Below, piece by piece: positions 50,689 to 61,724 of a stretch of DNA of 64,000 nt. Every line of letters starts with the position of its first letter. Position 1 is the stretch's first letter. This DNA is from Tubulanus polymorphus (taxonomy: Eukaryota > Animalia > Nemertea): positions 9,388,850-9,452,849 of the forward strand of contig NC_134029.1 of the NCBI RefSeq assembly GCF_964204645.1, in the 5' to 3' direction. Both the position numbers and the translations under genes were made by a program. The notes beneath the pieces were generated by a model. That model was not told where the DNA came from, did not search any database, and saw only the letters and a program-made list of their open reading frames with translations.

Positions 50689-51431
50689 GCAAAAACCGTA
50701 AAGTTTCCCAAGTCTCCGTTTCTACCTAACACATGCGCATTAGTCAGTGCTGGAATTGCTCTAAGTCGAGAAATCGGCACATTGCGCATGCGGCACTACA
50801 TGTGAGCTACATGTGAACTTTAATGACTAATAGTCGCTGTAGTTTTCATTAGGTTCGAATCCCGTAAAAGTATTGATCTTATTTACGCTGTTCATCTTAA
50901 AAGCAGCGCTATCAGTTTCGAAACCCGAAAATTACTGATCGTATTTCAAGCGTTACAACATGAACTTTGATGATTAAAGTGTCGCTGGGTTATTGTTTGC
51001 CGAGTAAAAAAGTTACAGCATCCCGAATATGAAATAATGAACTTTGATAGCCACAGGATTTACTTTTAAGTGCTTAGCTTCGAATCCCGAATATGTAGCA
51101 GAAAAATACATTCATCCTTTTTTTAATATACCGATATATATCTCAGATTTTTAGCTTATGGCAAGACCACTTGAACACCTGTCATTCCCAAAAATACAAA
51201 TGATCCTCAAGTGACCAAACAAACTGCGCCTTCCCGCTGCGCAAAAGTTCACGCAGGTTCATTCCGTTATAGTTCTATGTATCAGCGTTCTGACATGACC
51301 CAGTTTAGGAAAAAATACACATGTAGCGACGCATGCGCACGCGACCAATTTCTGGACTTAGAGGATTTCCCCAACACTTCCTAATGCGCATGCGTTATAA
51401 ACAGAGACTTGGGAAACTTTACGGTTTTTGC
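50689..51431. mobile_element. MITE with ~50-bp TIRs
   Basis: GCAAAAACCGTAAAGTTTCCCAAGTCTC.. / ..GAGACTTGGGAAACTTTACGGTTTTTGC. The true outer ends probably extend further and are interrupted by the next element. Confidence 0.7.
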
Positions 51432-51441
51432 TCGCCGTCGG

Positions 51442-52219
51442 CACAGGGGTTTGGCGATGGGCTTGGATTTTATTTCCGGGTTGTTGATAATCTCGCGAGA
51501 ATGGCGCTAAATATGAACTGCAAATAAATTCAAAATATCATAGAAATACCTTGTGTTTATATTGTTTATTTATCCGCTATTAAGTTCCGATAAACAATTG
51601 GTCGTTAAGGATCATCATCAGACAGTCGTCACGCTTTACTATATAAAATAACAAAGGATGAAACGCAGTTCAATTCGTGCCAGCCAGAAAGTTGGGACAG
51701 TCACGTGACAGTCGCGCTTCTTATTTGAATGAATGCAAACACGAAGCATCTAAGATGGAAACTATGATACGAAAAATATTTGAGAATAACTTACATTCAA
51801 ATGCAATTTTTTTTAATGAATTATATATTTGATCATAATTTATTCTTTATAAGTTATTAATTTCATATGAATCATCATCTGACAATTGATATCAGTCTGT
51901 GAATATGTTAACTTTTCATGTTAAAGTTTTAAATGTGATGACATCATCAGAATGTCACGTGACTGTCCCAACTTTCTGGCTGGCACAACTCTGAAGGCGT
52001 TTCATCCCTTGTGATTTTATATAGTAGCGTGACGACCGTCTGATAATGATTCTTAACGACCAATTGTTTATCGAAACTTTATAGCGGATAAATAAACAAT
52101 ATAAACACAAGGTATTTCCGTGATATTTTGAATTTATTCGTAGTTCATATTTAGCGCCATTCTCGCGAGATTATCAACAACCCGGAAATAAAATCCAAGC
52201 CCATCGCCAAACCCCTGTG
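51442..52219. mobile_element. Foldback MITE with ~270-bp TIRs and 8-bp TSD (P-element-like)
   Basis: CACAGGGG...CCCCTGTG termini. GCCGTCGG at 51434-51441 and 52220-52227. Arms at 51442-~51711 and ~51953-52219. Confidence 0.85.
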
Positions 52220-53439
52220 GCCGTCGGTAGTAAAAAAGATTTCACATGCCATCGAATAATTTCACATCTCCAACAAGATAGATTCCATTAGGCCTACTAC
52301 CATTAACGCTTTCTGAGGATATTTGAAAAAAATAATTCATAGCAAGGCCTACTTACCGAGTGACAGCTGTACGAACGAAGATGACCCGACCACGTACCAG
52401 CCAGCGAACTGCGTCAACGATTTTCAACTTACGACGAACGATTAATTCAATTTACTACTTTCAACTTACGACAAACATTCAATTCAATTAATAATTTATT
52501 GATCTTAATGAAACATTTCAACAGCGGCCTTACGACAATAAAGTGAACAAATTACAAAATCACAGTTACTAAATTGTAACAGGAGAGTGAAGAAAAGGTA
52601 AAAAGTCAGGTGAAATGTACATAACATCAAACAAAATAGCCTACGATTAATGTACGGGTTTTCTTTTTTGCGTGGTAATTTTTCCTCCGTTGCCACCGTT
52701 TAGCTATCCCTAACATTATTGAAACAACGGTAGAAGTACTGGTGGAAGATCCTGATAGAAAGGAAGTGGAGAGGTTGTGTTTTAGCTGTAGCTGATGATA
52801 GGGTGGCTTGATGTGAACGGGTAGTCAATGTGCCTCTCCGCTATGGAACGCAATTCATGCAGATGCAGCCCAATAATGTGGCACCGTAGTTAAAATCCTG
52901 GATTCCATTGTGACAAAAGCAGTAAAACCCTCATTTTCAAATCAGTAAACTCAAAATGGTCAAAGTTTAAGTTAAGTGAGAGCATCAATATAATACATTT
53001 TCGTTTTTGTCAATGCTTGGCTGCATCTTATGCAATGCAGATCTCACCTATCCAGCACGTATAGACTCTATCCATATGATCACAGTGCGCCGTCCGTCAC
53101 AGTCGACGGCCATTTGACGCTGCAAGCAATTGTCTCATCTGTGAGTAAGATCTGTACATAAAATTGCACATTTTTTTCGACTACTTAATTTTCAAAAAAC
53201 TTATTTCCCTGATTCTCAACAGAGTACAAGAAGATCGAAATGATGTAAGGCTAGGCAAACGGCTCAACCTTTTTCGTACGACTTCCGAAAAAGGTAGAGT
53301 CCGCTGTAATATTCCACTCAAGGTCTTAGATCCAGTTTCTAACGAGAAAATTCATTTCAAAGACTGAAAATCCAAGTAGATCATCATTTATGTATTTTTT
53401 TATTACTAGTTTTTAGCTGTACATTGAAATCAGACTAAT

Positions 53440-55720
53440 TTATGCATTTCTTTGTCCAGCTCCACCAGGTCCAGAGAATCCCCCACGCACAGTCGATGCA
53501 ATAGGTTGAGTAACCTGTAATCCCGGGATGTTGGCGAAATCCTGCAAAGGAACAAATTAAGAATGAGAAAAGCCCTACATGTGTATAATTATGAATTATA
53601 CTAGCATGTAACAACAACATAGACAATGACAAATATAATAGTACAATTCTATATACTCCGATACAAAGCAGGGACCCAACCCAGAAACCATTCAATAGAT
53701 TATCTGCATTTTCACAACTTTTGATCGTTTAGGCTTCAATAAGCGTGCAGTAACTCGCCTAAAACAGTTTTATCAATACTTCAAAACAAATTAACAAACC
53801 ATGGACAATAAGCCTCTGAAATGGACAATAAGCATCTGAAATTTTCCTTGCCCACCTCCCAAAAGCTACTTGCCCTACACAGGCAGTACGATTGGTGGTA
53901 CTATCATCCGTTATATTGAGTGGGAATAAAGCTTTGTGACATAAAATTTCACTAGCCCGGGGGACAAGCAATAATGATAGCCAACATGCCCTGATGAGAA
54001 TAAACTTGTCCCGAGCAATCGGACATGTGATTAGACCGGACCCTGTCTTACCATAGTCGGTACAAAACTCAATTCTTTAACGTAGTGACTGAAGAAGGTT
54101 TAATACTTACCAACATCTTTAACATCTCCTTCGTATCCGGATCTACTTCAATGATGTCTTGTTCAATAGCAGAAACCTACAAAGAAGAAATAATTGTTGG
54201 TACACCAGTTTTTAATTTTTGTCAGAAGAACTTATCACACGGACCCGATCCTTTTACTATAGAAACAAATCAAATTTGAGTCAGTGGACTCACTATTCTT
54301 AGCATTTTTGGGTTGCAAAAGTAAAGGTTAGTTTTAACAAAACAGGGAGGCCACTTTCCCTTCATTTACATATTCCTGTTGTGTCCCAGATATATCCATG
54401 TCCTAACACACCAATTATTCCCTGAATGAATCAGCAGGTGATAATTTCTTATGAATCACATATTGGATATTTGTTGAAATATCTTTGTGACACTGAATTA
54501 TCTAACCAGAGTCATCAAGTCAACAAATTTTCACTGTCCGAAAAGGAGGGACTGGAGCAGAGTCTAATGTATCCTACATAATGCACATCACTATTTTTGA
54601 TGTACAGTTAACGTCTAGCCAGACCGAAACTGGGACAAATTAAAATTCAGAAAGAAAAATAAATACATATCTTTGCAGACAGAGTAAACAGTTCATAGTA
54701 AGGTAAGGTAAACTATATTTCATTCAAGCTGAAATATCAGCTAACTCAAACACAAATCATAGAGCCATCACTTACACATTGTGAAAGAATTCCATAGCGA
54801 ATTACTCGAATTTATCAATCACCTAACTTGTTTCGAAAATCTCAGGACCCAACTGATTTGAGTTAGACGAGCCTTTTTGTACTTGATCTAAAATTCAACG
54901 CTTTCAAGTCAACACATACCTCGGGTACATAGTTATCTCTGCGTTCACGTTCCTCCTCTTGAAGTTTAATCGAGATACCGCGAACTGGACCCCTCTGGAT
55001 ACGCGCCATCAAATGCGTAACGAATCCGGCGATCTTGTTTCTCAACTTCTTGCTGGGAATGATCGCGATCTCCTCGCACAGTCGTTTATTCGTGTGGAAA
55101 TCCAACGTCAATCGCGTGTAGTACTTTTCGATGATGACCCGCGCGGCCTTCTTGACGGTTTTCGTCCTAACTCGCCCCTGAAAAAAAAAAACAAGCCGCA
55201 AAGGTTAAGAAGCGCTTAAACAAGACCTGATCAAAAACGCACTCACATGCTACATGTTCATAGTCTTTTTCACACGTATTTTTGGCTACACCATGGGCCT
55301 GGATTGAGGTAATCATTGAACAAATTTTGATTAGACCTCGAGCTTTAATCAGTTGACGGGCAGGGTTACTGATAAACACTCTCGATCTGGCCAAAGGATC
55401 TTCCTCATAACTATATTCATCCTTCCAAGAATTCTTAGTTCATTTCACCGAGTTCCCTTCTTCGAATTGATTCTCATTTAACCATCATTTCTAGTTCAAA
55501 CTGGCGTGGAACGACGATAATTCGACGGCGATTAGTTGAAGAACACGGTATTCTATTAGGCCATATTTCGGCCAACTGAAGCCATATTGTGGAAAACGGG
55601 CGTCATTATCAAATTCATCACATATTCTAAAGTAGGATACATGGCTTGTTTAGTGGGCAAATAACAGGATGCCTGCACAATTGAGCGATTAGACGAAATA
55701 AATATAACGATTCTCACCAT
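53440..55720 (-). CDS. RPS17: 40S ribosomal protein S17 (eS17), 142 aa, 4 coding exons: 55720-55718, 55177-54920, 54176-54111, 53541-53440
   Basis: M|[20 protein letters not shown]...RDNYVPE|[22 protein letters not shown]|[13 protein letters not shown]...*. All introns are GT-AG and phase 0. AATAAA lies at 53404-53399. Confidence 0.97.
54920..55177 (-). CDS. RPS17: RPS17 exon 2 (main conserved domain)
   Basis: [10 protein letters not shown]...[37 protein letters not shown], bounded by CAG and GTATGT. Confidence 0.97.
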
Positions 55721-55739
55721 TTTGGTTAGACTGCTTACT

Positions 55740-55747
55740 GGAAAGAC
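55740..55747 (-). promoter_or_regulatory. TCT initiator / 5'-TOP start of RPS17
   Basis: Minus-strand TCTTTCC lies about 25 nt upstream of the ATG, typical of ribosomal-protein genes. Confidence 0.7.
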
Positions 55748-56166
55748 CTACACTGTCGATTGAGGGCGCCACCAGTCGGTGTAACCCATGGGGCTAATGG
55801 AGATACCCATATTGATAAATTCCCTTAATTTGTCATATTTAATGTTATTTGATTATTTTTGAACGCATTTATTCTCGATAATCAATTAGTTAATCTACAT
55901 CTCATAGGCAAATTCTCAGATGCCGACATTTCGGGATTCAGTTTCCATTCCATTATTTTCATTACTGATAAGGCTATGTTTGTTATGATGACATTGTAAT
56001 CATTTGCTTAACTAATTCAAATTCTTTACGTTTAAATGTTTGCCACTTCTTGTAAACCGGGGAGTCGTATTCTGTAGCTAAAGGATTGTCCAATAAATAC
56101 TTCATTGTCTTGAATTGGATTCACTTCTCAGGGATTTCCCCAATTATGCGGAAGTGTTTCATTTAG

Positions 56167-59100
56167 GTCTGTCTGCAGAGTTTCCAGAACCTGTCATGTC
56201 AGGGCCCAAGACCTGACATGACAGGTGGGACCTCAGGTGACAGGTCGATTTGCTAAAATGAAAATCGTAATGACTGAACCGATGATAGACGATTAGAAGA
56301 TATGATAGGCGCGGATTTAAAACAAATGATAGCCGATAAGAAACAAAAAGAACATATCTTAGTGCTTTCTGAATATATTATTCAAAAACAAAAAACAAAC
56401 TATGGTGTGTTATGAATTCATTTAAGAATTTATGTTTGCCTTGTAAAGATGCAATGATTGTGAATTATTTGATTTCAATAATTTTGAAGCGAGACCTCAC
56501 ACGGCAGCTCGCGCCATTTTGCAGAGCTTCTCGGGACCTGTGGTGACAGGTCTGCATTAAAACTGATGAAATTGAAAAAACTTTACTTTTTATAACCTTT
56601 ATATAGTAAAGAGTATAATATAAATTGCTAACCATAGATAGAGTTAATCTTAAGTTACTATAAAACAATAATTATGAAGCGAGACCTCACACGGCAACGC
56701 GCGCCATTTAGCAGAGCTTCGGGACCTGTGGTGACAGGTCTGCTTGAAAACTGATGAAATGGAAAAAACTTTACTTTTTATGGTATCTTTATAGTAATGA
56801 ATATAAAATAGATTGCTAACCATGGATATAGTTAATCTTAAGTTACTAAAAAACAATAATTATGAAGCGAGACCTCACACGGCAGCTCGCGCCATTTTGC
56901 AGAGCTTCTCGAGACCTGTGGTGACAGGTCTGCTTGAAAACTTACTTTTTATGGTATCTTTATAGTAATGAATATAATATAGATTGCTAACCATGGATAT
57001 AGTTAATCTTAAGTTACTACAAAACAATAATTTTGAAGCGAGACCTCACACGGCAGCTCGCGCCATTTTGCAGAGCTTCTCGGGACCTGTGGTGACAGGT
57101 CTGCATTAAAACTGATGAAATTGAAAAAACTTTACTTTTTATAACCTTTATATAGTAAAGAGTATAATATAAATTGCTAACCATAGATAGAGTTAATCTT
57201 AAGTTACTATAAAACAATAATTTTGAAGCGAGACCTCACACGGCAGCTCGCGCCATTTTGCAGAGCTTCTCGGGACCTGTGGTGACAGGTCTGCTTGAAA
57301 ACTGATGAAATGGAAAAAACTTTACTTTTTATGGTATCTTTATAGTAATGAATATAATAAAGATTGCTAACCATAGATATAGTTAATCTTAAGTTACTAC
57401 AAAACAATAATTTTGAAGCGAGACCTCACACGGCAGCTCGCGCCATTTTGCAGAGCTTCTCGAGACCTGTGGTGACAGGTCTGCTTGAAAACTTACTTTT
57501 TATGGTATCTTTATAGTAATGAATATAATATAGATTGCTAACCATGGATATAGTTAATCTTAAGTTACTACAAAACAATAATTATGAAGCGAGACCTGAC
57601 ACGGCAGCTCGCGCCATTTTGCAGAGCTTCTCGAGACCTGTGGTGACAGGTCTGCATTAAAACTGATAAAATGAAGGAAAACATTGATTTTTATGGTCTC
57701 TTTATAGTAAAGAGTATAATATAAATTGCTAACCATGGATAGAATTAATCTTAAGTTATAAAACAATAATTTTGAAGCGAGACCTGACACGGCAGCTCGC
57801 GCCATTTTGCAGAGCTTCTCGGGACCTGTGGTGACAGGTCTGCACTTAAACTGATGAAATTGAAAAAACTTTACTTTTTATAACCTTTATATAGTAAAGA
57901 GTATAATATAAATTGCTAACCATAGATAGAGTTAATCTTAAGTTACTATAAAACAATAATTTTGAAGCGAGACCTGACACGGCAACGCGCGCCATTTTGC
58001 AGAGCTTCGGGACCTGTGGTGACAGGTCTGCACTAAAACTGATGAAATTGAAAAAACTTTACTTTTTATAACCTTTATATAGTAAAGAGTATAATATAAA
58101 TTGCTAACCATAGATAGAGTTAATCTTAAGTTACTATAAAACAATAATTTTGAAGCGAGACCTCACACGGCAGCTCGCGCCATTTTGCAGAGCTTCTCGA
58201 GACCTGTGGTGACAGGTCTGCTTGAAAACTGATGAAATGGAAAAAACTTTACTTTTTATGGTATCTTTATAGTAATGAATATAATATAGATTGCTAACCA
58301 TGGATATAGTTAATCTTAAGTTACTACAAAACAATAATTATGAAGCGAGACCTCACACGGCAGCTCGCGCCATTTTGCAGAGCTTCTCGAGACCTGTGGT
58401 GACAGGTCTGCTTGAAAACTGATGAAATGGAAAAAACTTTACTTTTTATGGTATCTTTATAGTAATGAATATAATATAGATTGCTAACCATGGATATAGT
58501 TAATCTTAAGTTACTACAAAACAATAATTATGAAGCGAGACCTCACACGGCAGCTCGCGCCATTTTGCAGAGCTTCTCGGGACCTGTGGTGACAGGTCTG
58601 CACTAAAACTGATGAAATTGAAAAAACTTTACTTTTTATAACCTTTATATAGTAAAGAGTATGATATAAATTGCTAACCATAGATAGAGTTAATCTTAAG
58701 TTACTATAAAACAATAATTTTGAAGCAAGACCTCACACGGCAGCTCGCGCCATTTTGCAGAGCTTCTCGAGACCTGTGGTGACAGGTCTGCTTGAAAACT
58801 GATGAAATGGAAAAAACTTTACTTTTTATGGTATCTTTATAGTAATGAATATAATATAGATTGCTAACCATGGATATAGTTCATCTTAAGTTACTACAAA
58901 ACAATAATTATGAAGCGAGACCTCACACGGCAGCTCGCGCCATTTTACAGAGCTTCTCGGGACCTGTGGTGACAGGTCTGCATTAAAACTGATATAAGAA
59001 AAAAACTTCATGCTTTAAATTGATGAGTTGATTTAAAATCAGTCTCAATAAAATCAGTCTCTATATTGCATTCGGCTCTTTTACATGTACATCATAAAGA

Positions 59101-59574
59101 CAATGAATATATATAGTGAGACTTCAGGACTTCAGGACAGTGAGGAGTGTTGCCGAACTGTGATAGTGAGCAGATAATTTTCAGTGTCTTATTGCGGAAA
59201 CGAAATATCAAGACCTCGATTCATCTAGCGAAAATATTCTCTTATAATGTGCTCTTATTTCTACATTAATTAATTCATCTTTGCCTGAAACTTATTTTTT
59301 ACCTTTAATACAGAAATAAGTCATAGTTTACACATAAATATTTTCTTCTTATAAATCAACCTTTCAAATGAATTATTTGTCAGAACATTTTCCTTATCGT
59401 TATTGTTGAATCATTTTCGATATTAACGACGGGTCAGAATATTCATTCAACTCAAAATGTTCTTCCATTCGTCTAACACATGCCTAGATATTTCGCCGTT
59501 CCGTCAAATATTGTCATGAGTTTGGGTTTTTTCGGGACCTGACATGACAGGTTCTGGAAACTCTGCAGACAGAC
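56167..59574. mobile_element. Non-autonomous TIR element carrying a satellite array
   Basis: ~37-bp perfect TIR GTCTGTCTGCAGAGTTTCCAGAACCTGTCATGTCAGG and its reverse complement. No coding capacity. TSD unclear. Confidence 0.8.
56475..58995. repeat. Satellite array, ~190-bp unit x ~13.5, with subtypes
   Basis: GAAGCGAGACCT-like motif recurs 14 times. Each unit has the hairpin GACCTGT-GGTG-ACAGGTC. Confidence 0.95.
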
Positions 59575-60343
59575 ATCAATCAAGTGTTTCACGTGTTAGA
59601 ACTATTAAATCCAATTCAATTAAATCATACACATTTTTTTCACTGAACGTTTTTAATATATTGAGGTTTGAATATCATGGTTTGAACTGGGTTGACTTTA
59701 GGCCTGAGCAGCAAATTTATCGTTGTTAATGTTAGGCCTAAAATAAATGACAATCTGTAATTTGTACAAGCGATTTCAAATTGTCTCAATTAAATTTTAT
59801 TTAGCATTATTTGCACGAATTCCACAGACCTTCCTGATTGATAATGGAAGTGGATATTTTGCCAATCAATACGGCGTTATTCGTGTAAACGCTATTTTGC
59901 CAATGCTTGCCATCTGCCTTAGTCAGTAACCTGTCTGTGGTTTAGTTTCACGATCGGATATTTTCACAAACCACATATATATATATAAGCCTACCGATTA
60001 TAAAAAGCTTACCACCAACGATTAGGTAACTAACTACATCTGCCTATGAACGCAGGGGCCAGGGCAGGGACCTGCGAAAGTGCAATAAAGTGGTTTAAGT
60101 GCGCCCATTATTACATAATTAGACCAACATTACAGCCGATGCTGACAGCTTGCAATTGCTTGTTTTTAACGCTATTTTGTTAACGCTATTTTGCCAATGG
60201 TGTGTTCTGATTGGCTAATTGACGCTGCGCATGCGCACTGAGGTGCGCGACTTAGAAGCGCTATATAAGAAAATGAATTATTATTATTATAATTATTACG
60301 AGTAAATTCAAGGAAAGTGTGGAGAATAGTGCTAGAGAAAATA

Positions 60344-60410
60344 GGAGCGGGATTCGAACTCGGACCAGCAGATTGCTAGTCTAACGTCTTTCCACTAGAC
60401 CATCGGGCTC
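60344..60410 (-). pseudogene. tRNA-Ala(AGC)-like sequence (pol III A/B boxes) inside a repeat
   Basis: Minus strand has TGGTCTAGTGG (A box), CTAGCAA loop and GTTCGAATCCC (B box). Stems are imperfect. Confidence 0.45.
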
Positions 60411-61016
60411 ACTGGAATCCAGCTGTAAGTTTTTACTACATAAAGCCTCACCTTACCCTAACCCTCTAGACCCTAACCCTAACAAAACCCTAACCCTAAA
60501 CCCAATTGACGCTGCGCATGCGCACTGAGGTGCGCGACTTAGAAAATTCAAGGAAAGTGACTGATTTAAACAAAAAATTCTGTAAACTCAACCGCCGATC
60601 ACATAACTATATCTCAAACCCATAATCAAACCCCCTGTATCGCTCCCGGCAGGTGTGGTGGGTCTGTAAGGGACATTCAATCAAAAAATCAAACGAAATT
60701 TACCAACCAAATAAATAACAGGGACAATCCCTACTTTAAGATAAAAAAAACCCAATATAATGATTTTATTGTTATATCTTATTAGTATATCTTATTATAC
60801 ATAGCCATTGGCAAAATAGCGTTTACTAAAATAATGCCGCATTGGCAAAATGTCCAATAATATAAACTAATAAAAGTAACCATTAAATCATTATATTGGG
60901 ATTAGGGTTAGGGTTTCCAGGGGGTTAGGGTCAAGAGGGTCCATTTTACCCCTAGGGATAGGGTTAGGGTAAGGTGGAGTGCTAATATGTAGTTAAAACT
61001 TACAACTGATTTGCAA

Positions 61017-61088
61017 GGAGTTTGGTGTTCTAGTGGAAAGATGTTACGCTAGCAATACGCTAGCCCAGGTTCGAATCCCTCTGGATCC
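61017..61088 (+). pseudogene. Second, inverted tRNA-Ala(AGC)-like copy
   Basis: TGTTCTAGTGG, CTAGCAA and GGTTCGAATCCC. Preceded by TTAGGG repeats. Confidence 0.4.
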
Positions 61089-61724
61089 GCACAATTTCAT
61101 CAAATTCAAATTTACCGAACTCTGTTCTCCACACTTGCCTTAATTTTTTCTAAGTCATGCACCTCTGAGCGCATGCGCGGCATAAATGAGCGGGTCAGCG
61201 ACGATGTTCGGTCATGTAGCAGATGTAGCTGATGGGAACTTAGTCTGGAAATATTTATAAAGATCACCCAAAATTTGTACTGAAATATATACAGGGCAGG
61301 GCCAGTTTCTTCTATTTGGTATGATGATATTTGCTAAAGCGTACAGATTCCACCAACCTGTTACGAAGGTTCGGCATCACTCTTTACTTGTATCTCATGA
61401 AATATGAGTCCCACAATCACAAGTTCCAAAGAGATTTTAAAACATCGAAACTATAAAGAATTTATTAAAACCACAAATTTTCGGTTTTATCCTTAAAACC
61501 ATTCTCGAGGGTGGTGCCCTTGTATCTCACATCATTGCACCTGCCTCTCAGTATAGATATTTGGTGCCCTTTGTGATGTAGGTACTTTAAGGACCCCTCA
61601 GCTTAAATTATTCTTGATGAGGATGTATATATATTAGTAAAGATATCGTCAATTTTTTTATTAGGGTGCCTACATGATTTTTTGCTTTTAGAAATATAAA
61701 ACGTGGTAGGCGTAGGAGAACATA

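Noticed and set aside
53630-53770. H/ACA snoRNA in RPS17 intron 3
   Set aside because: An AGATAA H-like box and weak stems are present, but there is no properly placed ACA box.
54863-55201. 112-aa ORF as a complete RPS17
   Set aside because: Both ends run into introns. The real CDS is spliced from four exons.
56465-58714. Series of similar 66-81 aa minus-strand ORFs, and a possible CRISPR-like array
   Set aside because: They are translations of the 190-bp satellite. Whole units repeat with no unique spacers, and the context is eukaryotic.
56145-59591. AAGTGTTTCA on both sides of the satellite element as a TSD
   Set aside because: The copies are offset 5 and 7 nt from the TIR ends, so they cannot be accepted as a TSD without other family copies.
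60344-61088. Functional tRNA genes or a true telomere
   Set aside because: Acceptor and T stems pair poorly, and the TTAGGG runs are short, degenerate and internal to a repeat.
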